A stretch of DNA of 62,295 nt from Betaproteobacteria bacterium (GCA_018971195.1 JAGXBK010000001.1:1-62295); one strand, 5' to 3'; shown: positions 8,653 through 22,565, numbered from the stretch's first letter. The notes: generated by a model not told the origin, from the letters alone. A program made the numbers and translations.

Positions 8653-10839
8653 TCACTGGCAAACGGTCCCTGGCGCGACGAACACCTCGCGCGTGATCGC
8701 CTTCACCTGCGACACTCCGTTCACCGTGTACGCGAAGGTCCCGTTCGCACCGTCGCTGAAGCTCAGCGTCAGCGTCCCCACCGGCGTCTGCGTCACCTTC
8801 GACGGCTCGAACGGCACCGCATTGAACCCCGGACCCGTGGTCCGATACAGCGTCCCCGCGTACACCCCCGCCGACGTCTTTTGCGCCGGACCCGACAGCC
8901 ACAGCGGATCGCCGTTCGCGTCGTAGGTGAACCAGGTGGCGAAGATCACATCCCCCTGGTGGGTCAGGTTCATCCCCCAGCCCGACTCAACACCCGCCGG
9001 CGACGCCCACCACAGGTCCTGGTAGTTGCTCGCCTGCGCCTGCGGCAGCGTACCCCCGAAGCTGCACACCGGCACCGGCGCGGCGAACACCTCCCGCACC
9101 AAGGTCTTGGTCTGGCTCACCCCGTTGACCGTGTAGGCGAAGCTCGCATCGTTGGCGTCGCGAAAGCTCAGCGTCGCCGATCCCACCGGCATCTCCGTCA
9201 CCCGCGCCGGGTCGAACGGCACCGCGTTGAACGGCGGGCCGCGGGTGGTGAAGATGGTCCCGGCGTAGACACCTGGCGCGCTCCGGTTGGCCTGCAGCGC
9301 CAGCCACCACGCCTTGCCAGTGGTGTCGTAGGTGAACCAGGTGGCGAAGATGATGTCGCCCTGGTGCGCAAAGTTGATCCCCCATCCCGATTCGCTCCCC
9401 GCCGGGGCCGCCCACCACAGACCCTGGTAGTTGGGTGCCGCGGCGCCGGTCGCAGCGGCCGCGCGCACCGCGGCGCCCGCATTGACGATGCCTGCGCCGC
9501 AAAGGGCCGTCGTGCAGCCCGAGGTTGCGAGAAATGGCGAAGAAGTCGACGTCAGGATCGAGACGACCTGGTCGGGTGTAAGCGCAGGGTTCACCGACAG
9601 CATCAGCGAGACCGTTCCCGACACCATCGGGGCCGCGAGGCTGGTGCCGCCTTCGAAGGCGAAGCTGTCGGCGACCGGTACGGTGGTGCCACTGTTCGAC
9701 AGCACCAGGATGGCGTCGCGCTGGCGCAGGTAATGGAAGACGCCGCCCGGGGCGGACAGCGTGATTCCTGCGCCGAAGTTGCTGTAGGAGGCAAGACCTC
9801 CGGTGGTCGTCGTCGAAGCGACGGCGATGACGCCGGGGCAGTTCGCAGGCGTATCGTTCGCGACGTCGGTGGCGCCATTCCCCGCCGCGACGACGATCGC
9901 GCGCGTCACCCCGTGCGCATAGGCCGCCGCGATGACGGGCGGGTAGACCGGATCGCAGTTCCCTGTGCCGCCGAGGCTCAGGTTGATGACCTCCGCGGGC
10001 GTCGGGTTCGCGGGCACCCCCGGCACCGGCAATCCGGCGGCCCAGGCAATGCCGTCGACGATGTCCGAATCGTAACCGCCGCAGCGGCCCAAAGCGCGCA
10101 CCGGGAGGATTTTCGCATTCCAGTCGATGCCCGCGGTCCACAGCCCGTCGTTGGTGTTGGCTGCGATGACACTCGCCACGCCGGTGCCGTGCCAGGAACT
10201 GGGTCCCACCGCGCACTTCGCGAACTGCCCGGTCTGCATGGCAGGGGTCAGCCAATCACCCGGATCGCTCGCGTCGGGATCGCGCCCGTCGCCGTCATTG
10301 GCGACGGCAGGATCGGAGATCATGTCGTAGCCGGCAAGAAACCGCCCGGCCATCCCTGCATGCGGCCGGTAGCCCGTGTCGACCACGGCAACCGTCACCG
10401 AAGGAGAGCCGTGCGTGACCGTCCATGCGTCGAACGCATTGAGCGCGGTCGGGCTGTCGACGAGGTAGGTCTGCGCCGCGATGAATTCGTCGTTCACCGG
10501 ATACGCCGCCATCGCATGACGAAGATGGTCGACCTGCGCGAATTCGACGTCGGGATTCCGCGCGACCTGCGCAGCGATGCGCAGGGCGGCGGCATCACCG
10601 TATGCGCCGTCGACGGTCACCACTTGCGCTCCCAGCGCCATCCCGCGCAATTCGCGCAAGGGCAACCCCGTCGTCCCGCCGAGCCTCTTTATCTGGTCGG
10701 CGGCCGTCAGCGCCGATTTCGCGCCGCCCGCCTTGAACTTCACGATCAGGCGCGCCTGCTGCGCATTTGCGGACGCAGCCGCCCCGAGCATCGCGGCCAG
10801 CGCGATCACCCCGATGACGATTCGTCGAAGCATCTTCAC
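8653..10839 (-). CDS. Secreted S8 (subtilisin-like) serine peptidase with two tandem C-terminal domains
   Basis: Signal peptide; catalytic triad VVDTG / SWHGT / GTSLAAP; C-terminal duplicated NYQxLWW...ESGWG domain. Confidence 0.93.
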   Translation of the reverse strand: MKMLRRIVIGVIALAAMLGAAASANAQQARLIVKFKAGGAKSALTAADQIKRLGGTTGLPLRELRGMALGAQVVTVDGAYGDAAALRIAAQVARNPDVEFAQVDHLRHAMAAYPVNDEFIAAQTYLVDSPTALNAFDAWTVTHGSPSVTVAVVDTGYRPHAGMAGRFLAGYDMISDPAVANDGDGRDPDASDPGDWLTPAMQTGQFAKCAVGPSSWHGTGVASVIAANTNDGLWTAGIDWNAKILPVRALGRCGGYDSDIVDGIAWAAGLPVPGVPANPTPAEVINLSLGGTGNCDPVYPPVIAAAYAHGVTRAIVVAAGNGATDVANDTPANCPGVIAVASTTTTGGLASYSNFGAGITLSAPGGVFHYLRQRDAILVLSNSGTTVPVADSFAFEGGTSLAAPMVSGTVSLMLSVNPALTPDQVVSILTSTSSPFLATSGCTTALCGAGIVNAGAAVRAAAATGAAAPNYQGLWWAAPAGSESGWGINFAHQGDIIFATWFTYDTTGKAWWLALQANRSAPGVYAGTIFTTRGPPFNAVPFDPARVTEMPVGSATLSFRDANDASFAYTVNGVSQTKTLVREVFAAPVPVCSFGGTLPQAQASNYQDLWWASPAGVESGWGMNLTHQGDVIFATWFTYDANGDPLWLSGPAQKTSAGVYAGTLYRTTGPGFNAVPFEPSKVTQTPVGTLTLSFSDGANGTFAYTVNGVSQVKAITREVFVAPGTVCQ

Positions 10840-10861
10840 GTCCGCCTCCGTGCCAGGCCGG

Positions 10862-12847
10862 TCAGTGAGCCGGTGCCGCCGTGCTTCGGCTCCCGAGGTA
10901 TTTCGCGAGAAAGCGCTCGACGCGGCGGAAAAAATCGAAGAGGTCGGCGTCGCGGCTCAAGCCGTGCCCTTCGTCTGCGTAGACGACCCACTCGTAGGGC
11001 TTGTGGTACTTGTCGAGCGCAGTCCTGAAGTCGGTGCCGTGAACCAGTGGGACGCGCCTGTCGCTCGCGCCGTAGGCGAGCAGCACAGGCACGCCGACCT
11101 GGTCGGCATGGTCGAGCGGATTCACGCGCCTGAAGCGCGCGCGGTCGGTCTTCGGGTCGCCGATCTGGTACGCGAGCAGCGTCGAATACTCGGCGAGTCG
11201 CGACAGGTCGGTCTGGGCGTTGTCGAACAGATAGTCGATCGACGTCACGCCGGCGAGCGACACCGCGCACTTGATCAGCCTGGCGTCCTTGACGGCGCCC
11301 CACAGCGCAGCGTAGCCGCCATAGCTGCCGCCGAAGAAGCACACGCGCGCAGGGTCGACGATTCCCCGCGCCACTGCCCAGGCGACGCCGTCTTCGAGGT
11401 CGTCCTCCATCGCGTCGCCCCACTCGCGGTATCCCGACGACTGCAGCTTCCAGCCGAAGCCCTCGGTGCCGCGAAACTGCGGCTGCAGCACCGCGTAGCC
11501 GCGCGACGCGAAGAACTGCACATCTGCCCGGTATCCCCAGTCTTCCGCCGGGACGATCGGGCCGCCGTGAATGTCGACGACCAGCGGCACCGGCTTGCCA
11601 TTCGCATCGTGCGGCACCGTCAGCAGCGCGGGAATGGTCAGCCCGTCGCGCGCCTTGTACCTGACCCATTTCGTCGGCGCCATCGCCTTGGGATCGATCC
11701 ACGGCTCGTAGGAAAAGAGTTTCTCCATTTCCATCGTCTTGCCGTCGAGCAGGTACGCGTCACCCGGATTGCGGTCGGAATACGCGACGACGATCCAGCG
11801 ATCGCCATTCTCGCTGCGCTGGATGACGTTGACAGTGTCCGGCAATGCGCTGTCCACGCTTTTCTGCACGCGTGCCCACTGCGCGTCGAACCATGCGGCC
11901 GACGGCCGGTCGTTGGTGTAGCGCAGGCCGAGAAGCTTGCGCGCCTTGTAGTCGGCGACGAAGGTTGCATTGCTGGCGTCGACGTCGCGCTCCGGGTGAT
12001 CGACGATCGCCTTGCTCCAGGTGCCCGTGTCCACGTGGTATCCGTAGATCGCCGCGCGATCGGCGCCGCCGCGGCGGCCGGAAACGTAGAGGAGCTTCCC
12101 GTCGGGGCTGAACTGCATCGGCTGCGAATCGAGGCGACCGAGCTTCGCTTCCTCGACCTTCACCCATGGATCATTGGCGCCCTTGCGCACATACCACGCC
12201 GACGTGTCGTGGTCCACGTCGTCGGACACCGCCGCGCGGGGCACGCCGTCGAAGTCGACGACCCAGCGGCTGACATTACCCGGCGAATCGAAAGAGAGCA
12301 GCGTCTTCGCACCGGTCGTCGTGTCGTAGCGATAGAGGTCCTCGCTGTTCAAGCTGCGATCGCGCGCGGTCAGCAGCACGTCGTCGGTGCCGACGAGCAC
12401 CCGCTGCACCTGAACGCTCCATGCCCGGAAAAAGCCCCTCCCGCCCGACTGGGTGGTAAGCACGCGCGAATCGCTGCCGTCGCGGTTCACCGCCACGATG
12501 CCGGACTCCCGGGGTGGCTCGCCGGCGACCTGCTGCAGATCGCCAAGAAACACGATGAGGCGCTTGTCGTTCTGCCACTGCACGCGCAGCACGTCGCCGT
12601 CACCCGGCGATTTCATGCGCACGATGCCCTTTCGATCGAGATCGATCACCGCGACGCCGCGTTGCTCCCCCACCGGCGCAACGACGGCGAGATAGTGCCC
12701 ACCGGGCGACAACTGCGCACCCAGATACTGCGGCTTGCGGAAGAAATCCTCGACCGTCGGCGTCCCGGCCCGCGCCGCTGCGGCGGTGCCGTACAGTGCC
12801 GAGGCGGCGAGGATGGCTGCGACGGAAAGGCGTAGTCGGCGTGACAT
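10862..12847 (-). CDS. S9 (prolyl oligopeptidase / acylaminoacyl peptidase) family peptidase, secreted
   Basis: Signal peptide; IHGGP, GYAVLQPQFRGTEGFG, GGSYGG nucleophile, DRRV, DEGHG. Confidence 0.92.
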   Translation of the reverse strand: MSRRLRLSVAAILAASALYGTAAAARAGTPTVEDFFRKPQYLGAQLSPGGHYLAVVAPVGEQRGVAVIDLDRKGIVRMKSPGDGDVLRVQWQNDKRLIVFLGDLQQVAGEPPRESGIVAVNRDGSDSRVLTTQSGGRGFFRAWSVQVQRVLVGTDDVLLTARDRSLNSEDLYRYDTTTGAKTLLSFDSPGNVSRWVVDFDGVPRAAVSDDVDHDTSAWYVRKGANDPWVKVEEAKLGRLDSQPMQFSPDGKLLYVSGRRGGADRAAIYGYHVDTGTWSKAIVDHPERDVDASNATFVADYKARKLLGLRYTNDRPSAAWFDAQWARVQKSVDSALPDTVNVIQRSENGDRWIVVAYSDRNPGDAYLLDGKTMEMEKLFSYEPWIDPKAMAPTKWVRYKARDGLTIPALLTVPHDANGKPVPLVVDIHGGPIVPAEDWGYRADVQFFASRGYAVLQPQFRGTEGFGWKLQSSGYREWGDAMEDDLEDGVAWAVARGIVDPARVCFFGGSYGGYAALWGAVKDARLIKCAVSLAGVTSIDYLFDNAQTDLSRLAEYSTLLAYQIGDPKTDRARFRRVNPLDHADQVGVPVLLAYGASDRRVPLVHGTDFRTALDKYHKPYEWVVYADEGHGLSRDADLFDFFRRVERFLAKYLGSRSTAAPAH

Positions 12848-12976
12848 CGGGGCGCTCCTTCGCCATCGGGCCGTTGAGCCAGCCGCGGGAATGGCCGTGG
12901 GGAATGCGAAACTCGCGACGTGTTTCGCCCGTGCCGGCGCCTCGCGGTCGGAAACGCCGGTGTCTCCTGCGCGGCC

Positions 12977-16533
<3,557 letters not shown>

Positions 16534-16782
16534 TGTCGAAGACTAAGAATAGTAATAGGAGAACGCGAAAATCGCGGACAGCGACGATTTGCGCAACGTT
16601 GTCAGGGGCTTGGTATTGCCGCAATCGGCGTATAACTGCGGTGCCGGCTGTGGATCGTTTGGGGGCGTTTTCGAGGTTTTGGCCCACAGCCGATCAGCGC
16701 TCAAATTATACCCGTCTCCGACCGTGGTTATCCAGCCGATCGGTGCCTGTCGTTACAGAGCTTTCGCGGGTCTTCGCAGCCC
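16534..16782. other. Putative replication origin oriC (dnaA-dnaN intergenic)
   Basis: NAN-trinucleotide (DnaA-trio-like) run at 16538-16564; 2-mismatch DnaA boxes at 16627-16635, 16649-16657, 16706-16714 and 16728-16736; lower GC than flanks. Confidence 0.65.
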
Positions 16783-18240
16783 TCAGCTGCGCAGCACCTG
16801 AAGCAGGAAATTGACGTCGTGGTTGAGTTCCGGCATCGAATCGCGAAGCTTGGCAATCTGGCGGCAGGCATGCAGCACCGTCGTGTGGTCGCGGCCCCCG
16901 AAGTTGCTGCCGATCTCAGGCAGCGACAGCTGCGTGAGCTCCTTTGCCAGCGCCATCGCGACCTGGCGCGGTCGGGCGACGGCCCGTGAGCGCTTCTTGG
17001 AGTGCATGTCGGAGATGCGCAGCTTGTAGTAGTCGGCGACCGTCTTCTGGATGTTGTCGATCGAGATCTGCCGATTCTGCACGGCGAGCAGGTCGCGCAG
17101 CGCTTCCTTGGTCATCGCGAGCGTGATTTCCTGGCCGTGGAAGCTGGCGTAGGCGAGGATTCGCTTCAGCGCGCCCTCGAGCTCGCGCACGTTGCTGCGG
17201 ATGTGCTTGGCGATGAAGAACGCCACCTGCTCGTCGAGACGCACGCCGACCGAGGCGGCCTTCGACAGCAGGATCGCGACGCGCATCTCGAGCTCGGGAG
17301 GCTCGAGCGCAACGGTGAGACCCCAGCCGAAGCGCGAGATCAGGCGCTCCTCGATGCCTTCGATTTCCTTCGGGAACGTGTCGCAGGTGATGACGACCTG
17401 CCGATGCGCCTCGATCAGCGTGTTGAACAGGTAGAAGAACTCCTCCTGCGTGCGGCTCTTGCCGCCGAAGAACTGGATATCGTCGATCAGCAGGAGGTCG
17501 AGCGTGCGGTAGTGGCGCTTGAAATCGTCGAATGCCTTGTGCTGGTAGGCGCGGACCACGTCGGAAACGTAGGTCTCGGCATGGATGTAGCGGATCCTGG
17601 CTTCGGGGTTCTGCAACAGCAGCTGGTGTGCAATCGCCTGGATCAGGTGGGTCTTGCCGAGACCCACGCCGCCGTAGACGAACAGCGGGTTGTACGACGT
17701 CGGGTGCTCGGCGACCTGCAGCCCTGCCGCGCGAGCGAGCTGGTTCGCCTTGCCGGCGACGAATGCCTGGAACGTGAAGCCGGGATTCAATCCCCCCGGC
17801 TCGACGCGGCGGGCACCGCCGGGCTTGATGGCGAGCGGTCCCATCGAAGGGGGACTGCCTGCGCCCGGCCCGTTGGCGGTGGGGGTCCTAGCCGGAGCGG
17901 CGGTCGCAGCGGGCGTCTCGTCGGCCGCCTTGCGCACCTCGCTGTCGGCGGTCGCCGGCCTCGCGCGTCCGGAAGCTGCCGGGGTCCCGGTGTCTGCGAC
18001 CGCGAATTCGACCGCGACGTGCTCGCCGACGGCCTCACGCGCCAGCGCCTCGATGCGGCCGCCGAAGCGCTCCTTGACCCACTGCAGGACAAAGCGATTG
18101 GGGGCGACCAGGCGCAGCCTGCCGGGGGCGTCGGAGCAGGCTAAGGGCTTGATCCAGGTCGTGAACTGCTGGGGCGTAAGCTCTCGCTCGAAAACGGAGA
18201 GGCAGGCGGCCCAGGCAGCGGAATCGGTAGCGGAATGCAC
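16783..18240 (-). CDS. dnaA: Chromosomal replication initiator DnaA
   Basis: [46 protein letters not shown]; GTG start. Confidence 0.99.
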   Translation of the reverse strand: MHSATDSAAWAACLSVFERELTPQQFTTWIKPLACSDAPGRLRLVAPNRFVLQWVKERFGGRIEALAREAVGEHVAVEFAVADTGTPAASGRARPATADSEVRKAADETPAATAAPARTPTANGPGAGSPPSMGPLAIKPGGARRVEPGGLNPGFTFQAFVAGKANQLARAAGLQVAEHPTSYNPLFVYGGVGLGKTHLIQAIAHQLLLQNPEARIRYIHAETYVSDVVRAYQHKAFDDFKRHYRTLDLLLIDDIQFFGGKSRTQEEFFYLFNTLIEAHRQVVITCDTFPKEIEGIEERLISRFGWGLTVALEPPELEMRVAILLSKAASVGVRLDEQVAFFIAKHIRSNVRELEGALKRILAYASFHGQEITLAMTKEALRDLLAVQNRQISIDNIQKTVADYYKLRISDMHSKKRSRAVARPRQVAMALAKELTQLSLPEIGSNFGGRDHTTVLHACRQIAKLRDSMPELNHDVNFLLQVLRS

Positions 18241-18342
18241 GCGGAAGTTGCCGGTCGAAGGAATCGGAGTGCTCGGAAAACCGGCCGCGCGTTGCTTGCA
18301 CGAGTCCTGACCGGGGGGGCATTGTAGCCGCCAGAATCCGAG

Positions 18343-18351
18343 TTATCCACA
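18343..18351 (+). promoter_or_regulatory. Consensus DnaA box upstream of dnaA (likely autoregulation)
   Basis: TTATCCACA, perfect match. Confidence 0.85.
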
Positions 18352-18450
18352 GCACTTCGCGGGCTGGGGGCCGACACTTGAGTGGGTGGGGGCTGGCGCG
18401 AAAGTGACCACTCGCGCCGGCGCCATCGCAGCAGCGACGCTCCGCTCGCG

Positions 18451-18479
18451 TTGACAGAACGCGCGTAACGCGCTCTAAT
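18451..18479 (+). promoter_or_regulatory. Sigma70 promoter of the rpmH operon
   Basis: TTGACA (18451-18456) - 17 bp - TCTAAT (18474-18479). Confidence 0.6.
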
Positions 18480-18555
18480 ACAAGGCTTTTCGGCTATTGC
18501 CCGCAACCGAGTTTCCGCGTGGGCGCGGCCACCGGCAACCTACAGGTCTTCGACG

Positions 18556-18690
18556 ATGAAACGCACTTACCAACCTTCCAAGCTGCGCCGCGCGCGTACG
18601 CACGGATTCCGCGCCCGGATGCAATCCGTGGGCGGCCGCAAGGTTCTGTCGGCACGCCGGGCCAAGGGCCGCGCCAGACTCACGGTCTGA
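18556..18690 (+). CDS. rpmH: 50S ribosomal protein L34
   Basis: Manual translation [44 protein letters not shown] (44 aa; absent from the ORF track). Confidence 0.98.
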   Translation: MKRTYQPSKLRRARTHGFRARMQSVGGRKVLSARRAKGRARLTV

Positions 18691-19064
18691 CGGTCATTGC
18701 GCCGCCGCCGCGCATCGGCAACTCCCGCTACCGGCTTCGCGGCATCGGGGCGTTCCAAGCCGTCTTCCGCGCCGGCACGCGTCACGACGCACGGTACCTG
18801 CAATTGATCGCCGCGCGCGCCGCGCAACCGCCCGGCCGCGTCGGCTACGTGATTGGTCGCAAAGTCATGCCGCTCGCGGTCGATCGCAACCGCCTGCGCC
18901 GCTGTCTGCGTGAAATGATCCGCGCTGCGCGCCCGACCCTCGACGCTTTCGACGTGATCCTGCGTGTCAAGCGCAATGTCGCGCGCACCGAGATCGACCG
19001 GGTGCTGGGCGAAGCGCGGCAACTGCTCGCGAGGCTTGCCGAGCCCGCGGAATCGACGCGATGA
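18687..19064 (+). CDS. rnpA: Ribonuclease P protein component (start uncertain: CTG 18687, ATT 18696 or GTG 18519)
   Basis: [32 protein letters not shown] (RNR motif), DVILRV; located between rpmH and yidD. Confidence 0.9.
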   Translation: MTVIAPPPRIGNSRYRLRGIGAFQAVFRAGTRHDARYLQLIAARAAQPPGRVGYVIGRKVMPLAVDRNRLRRCLREMIRAARPTLDAFDVILRVKRNVARTEIDRVLGEARQLLARLAEPAESTR

Positions 19065-19270
19065 AGCGCGTGCTCCTCGCGCTGCTGCGCGGCTACCGCT
19101 ACCTGCTGCGCCCGATGCTGGGCTCGAACTGCCGTTTCTATCCGAGTTGCTCCGATTACGCGCGCGAGGCAATCGAACGCCACGGTGCGCTCGCCGGAAC
19201 CTGGCTCGCGATCAAGCGTCTCGGACGCTGTCACCCTTATCATCCGGGCGGCTACGACCCGGTCCCCTGA
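19061..19270 (+). CDS. yidD: Membrane protein insertion efficiency factor YidD
   Basis: [25 protein letters not shown]. Confidence 0.97.
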   Translation: MKRVLLALLRGYRYLLRPMLGSNCRFYPSCSDYAREAIERHGALAGTWLAIKRLGRCHPYHPGGYDPVP

Positions 19271-19351
19271 ACCGACACCATCGACATCCCTGGCGCGCGC
19301 GTTCGCTGTAGCGCGATCGTCGCGGTGGCAACGGCAACCCGGAAACCCTGA

Positions 19352-21064
19352 ATGGACATCCAACGCCTGATCCTCTGGCTCGTCTTCTCCTTTTCCGGCG
19401 TGATGCTGTGGCAGGCCTGGGAGCGCGAGCACAATCCACCGCTGCCGGTGCCGACGGCGCAGACCGCGGCCCCGGTGCCCGGCCAGGCGGGAACGCTTCC
19501 CGGCCCGGGCGCGATTCCCCCTGCGACCAGCGCCGGTCCTGCGTCCACGGCCCCGGCCGGGGCCGTCCCGACCGGCGCGCCGGCGCCGGTCGGCAACACG
19601 ATCGAGGTCCGCACCGACCTCTACACGGCCGACATCGACACCATCGGCGGAGCGATCACCCGCATGGGCCTCGCGATGCATCGCAATGCGGAGGACAGGT
19701 CCAAGCCGTACTACGTCCTGCAGCGCGATTCCGACCGGACTTTCGTCGCCCAGGCGGGATTGATCGGCGACGGCCTGCCCAACCACCGGACGCCGTATGA
19801 AGTCCTGCCCGGCCCGCGTTCGCTGCCCCCGGGGGCCGACCATTTCGACGTGAAGCTGCAGGCAGTTGCACCCAACGGCGACAAGGTCGTGCAGACGCTG
19901 ACCTTTCACCGCGGAACCTACGTGATCGATGTCGCGTTCGACGTCACCAATGCCGGCGCGACGCCGATCAAGCCCGAGGCGTATTTCCAGTTGATGCGCG
20001 ACACGAAGGTGGTCGGCGTCGTCAGCCGGATGGGACCGAAACCCTACGTCGGTCCGGTCGTCTACGACGACCAGGACAAGTACAAGAAGATCGATTTCGC
20101 CGAGATCGACAAGGACGCGGCGGATCCCAGCCGCAAGCCGCCGTACACGCAGGCGACGGACAACGGCTGGATCGGCATGGTCGAGCACTACTTCGTCGTC
20201 GCGTGGCTGCCGCCGGAGACCCCGAAGCTCGAGCGCAGGTTCTACACGACCAAGCTCGGCAACGATCTGTACACCGCCGGAGTGCGCTATTCCGAGGGCA
20301 CGATCGCGCCGGGGGCGACGGGCGTCATCCACGCGAGCCTCTACGCCGGCCCGCAGGACCAGGAGGCGCTGTCCAAGCTCGCCCCGGGACTGAACCTGGT
20401 GGTCGACTACGGCATCTTCACCATCATCGCCGAGCCGCTGTTCCTGCTGCTCAAGTTCCTTCACAAGCTGATCGGCAACTGGGGCTTCGCGATCATCGTG
20501 ATGACGATCCTGATCAAGGGCGCGTTCTATCCGCTGAACGCCACCTCGGCGCGCTCGATGGCGAAGATGAAGCTGGTCGCGCCGAAGATGAAGGCGCTGC
20601 AGGAGCAGTACGCGAACGACAAGCAGCAGCTCCAGATGAAGATGATGGAGCTCTACAAGCAGGAGAAGATCAACCCGCTGGGAGGATGCCTGCCGATCGT
20701 CGTGCAGATCCCGGTGTTCATCGCGCTGTACTGGGTGCTGCTGTCGGCGGTCGAGCTGCGGCATGCGCCGTGGATCGGCTGGATCCACGACCTGTCGGCC
20801 CCGGACCCGTGGTTCGTGCTGCCGGTCATCTACGCGATCACCGCCTACCTGCAGGTGCGCCTGTCGCCGACGCCGATCTCGGATCCGGTGCAGGCGAAGG
20901 TGATGCAGATCATGCCGGTCGCGTTCTCGATCATGTTCCTGTTCTTCCCGTCGGGGCTGGTGCTCTACTGGCTGGTCAACAATCTGCTGCAGATCGCGCA
21001 GCAGTGGCACGTGAACCGGGTGCTGACGCGCGAGACCGAGCAGGCCGCGGCGAAGCGGCGCTGA
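19352..21064 (+). CDS. yidC: Membrane protein insertase YidC
   Basis: VDYG, GNWGFAII, KINPLGGCLPIVVQIPVFIALY, FPSGLVLYWLVNN. Confidence 0.98.
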   Translation: MDIQRLILWLVFSFSGVMLWQAWEREHNPPLPVPTAQTAAPVPGQAGTLPGPGAIPPATSAGPASTAPAGAVPTGAPAPVGNTIEVRTDLYTADIDTIGGAITRMGLAMHRNAEDRSKPYYVLQRDSDRTFVAQAGLIGDGLPNHRTPYEVLPGPRSLPPGADHFDVKLQAVAPNGDKVVQTLTFHRGTYVIDVAFDVTNAGATPIKPEAYFQLMRDTKVVGVVSRMGPKPYVGPVVYDDQDKYKKIDFAEIDKDAADPSRKPPYTQATDNGWIGMVEHYFVVAWLPPETPKLERRFYTTKLGNDLYTAGVRYSEGTIAPGATGVIHASLYAGPQDQEALSKLAPGLNLVVDYGIFTIIAEPLFLLLKFLHKLIGNWGFAIIVMTILIKGAFYPLNATSARSMAKMKLVAPKMKALQEQYANDKQQLQMKMMELYKQEKINPLGGCLPIVVQIPVFIALYWVLLSAVELRHAPWIGWIHDLSAPDPWFVLPVIYAITAYLQVRLSPTPISDPVQAKVMQIMPVAFSIMFLFFPSGLVLYWLVNNLLQIAQQWHVNRVLTRETEQAAAKRR

Positions 21065-21158
21065 CCCTCGCGCCGCGCCCCCGGGCGCTCCGGGAACCTC
21101 CCGGACGCGGCTGCGATGGGGAGCGGCGCACGGGGCCGGGCGCGGTAAGCTCAGCGGC

Positions 21159-22565
21159 ATGAACCCGCCGCGCCCTGCCGCTTCGCCCACCGGCGCTCCC
21201 GCCGCTTCGCCCAGCGGCGCGACCGCCCCCACGATCGCCGCGATCGCCACGCCTCCCGGCCGCGGGGGTGTGGGCATCGTCCGCGTGTCGGGCAACGACC
21301 TCGCGGCGCTGATCGACGGCATCGCCGGGCGGGCACTGCCGCCGCGCGTCGCCACCCGCGTCACCTTCCGCGATGCGCATGGTGCGCCGATCGACGCCGG
21401 CCTCGCGCTTTGGTTCCCGCGGCCGAACTCCTACACCGGCGAGAACGTCGTCGAGTGGCACGGCCACGGCGGCCCCGCCGTCATGCGCCTGCTGCTCACG
21501 CGGTGCATCGAGCTCGGCGCGAGGCTCGCCGAGCCGGGCGAGTTCACCAAGCGCGCGTTCCTGAACGGCAAGCTCGACCTGGCGCAGGCCGAGAGCGTGG
21601 CCGACGTCATCGAGGCGTCGACGAGCGCAGCCGTGCGCGCGGCAGCGCGCAGCCTCACGGGCGAGTTCTCGGCCGAGGTGCACGCGCTGCGCGACGCGTT
21701 GATCGAATTGCGCATGTACACCGAGGCCACGCTCGATTTTCCCGAGGAGGACGTCGAGTTCCTGCGCGAAGGCGACGTGGTCGCGCGGGTCGCGGCGATA
21801 CGCGAGCGCCTCGCCGCGATCCTCGCGCGCTCGCGCCGCGGCGCGATCCTGCGCGATGGTCTCGCCGTCGTGCTGGTCGGCGCGCCCAACGTCGGCAAAT
21901 CGAGCCTGCTGAACCGCCTGGTCGGCGACGAGGCGGCGATCGTGACGCCGATCCCCGGTACGACGCGCGACACGGTCGAGCGGCCGATCGAGCTGGCCGG
22001 CATTCCGCTGACGATCATCGACACCGCGGGCCTGCGTGAGACCACCGACACCGTCGAGGCGCTGGGCATCGCGCGCACGCGCGCGGCGATCGCGCGCGCC
22101 GACCTCGCGCTGGTGCTGACCGACGCGCGGGAGGTGTCTGGCGATCCGACGCATGCTGCCGAGCTCCCGCCGTCGCTACCGCGCATCGCGGTGCGCAACA
22201 AGTGCGACCTCGCGGGGATGGCCGCGCACACGGCTCGCGGGGACGATGGCGAAGCGCAGATCTGGGTGTCCGCGCTGACCGGCGAGGGCATCGCGATGCT
22301 CGAGGCCGAGATGCTCCGCATCGCCGGCGCCGAGCACGCGACGGAGGACGTGTTCCTCGCGCGCGAACGCCAGGTGAGCGCGTTGGCGGAGGCTGCAGCG
22401 CACCTCGCGGCGGCGCAGAAGCACACTTCGATTACGCCCCCGGCGATCGAGCTCTTCGCCGAGGAACTGCGCGCCGCGCAACAGGCTCTGTCGACGGTTA
22501 CCGGCGAATTCACCGCCGACGACCTGCTGGGGCAGATCTTCTCCCGGTTCTGCATCGGAAAATAG
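21159..22565 (+). CDS. mnmE: tRNA modification GTPase MnmE (TrmE)
   Basis: TIAAIATPPGRGGVGIVRVSG, GAPNVGKSS, GTTRD, DTAG, FCIGK C-terminus. Confidence 0.98.
   Translation: MNPPRPAASPTGAPAASPSGATAPTIAAIATPPGRGGVGIVRVSGNDLAALIDGIAGRALPPRVATRVTFRDAHGAPIDAGLALWFPRPNSYTGENVVEWHGHGGPAVMRLLLTRCIELGARLAEPGEFTKRAFLNGKLDLAQAESVADVIEASTSAAVRAAARSLTGEFSAEVHALRDALIELRMYTEATLDFPEEDVEFLREGDVVARVAAIRERLAAILARSRRGAILRDGLAVVLVGAPNVGKSSLLNRLVGDEAAIVTPIPGTTRDTVERPIELAGIPLTIIDTAGLRETTDTVEALGIARTRAAIARADLALVLTDAREVSGDPTHAAELPPSLPRIAVRNKCDLAGMAAHTARGDDGEAQIWVSALTGEGIAMLEAEMLRIAGAEHATEDVFLARERQVSALAEAAAHLAAAQKHTSITPPAIELFAEELRAAQQALSTVTGEFTADDLLGQIFSRFCIGK

Noticed and set aside
8621-8902. N-terminal extension of the ALDH ORF into the S8 gene
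   Set aside because: It overlaps the conserved S8 C-terminal domain in another frame; ATG 8620 gives a normal-length ALDH7.
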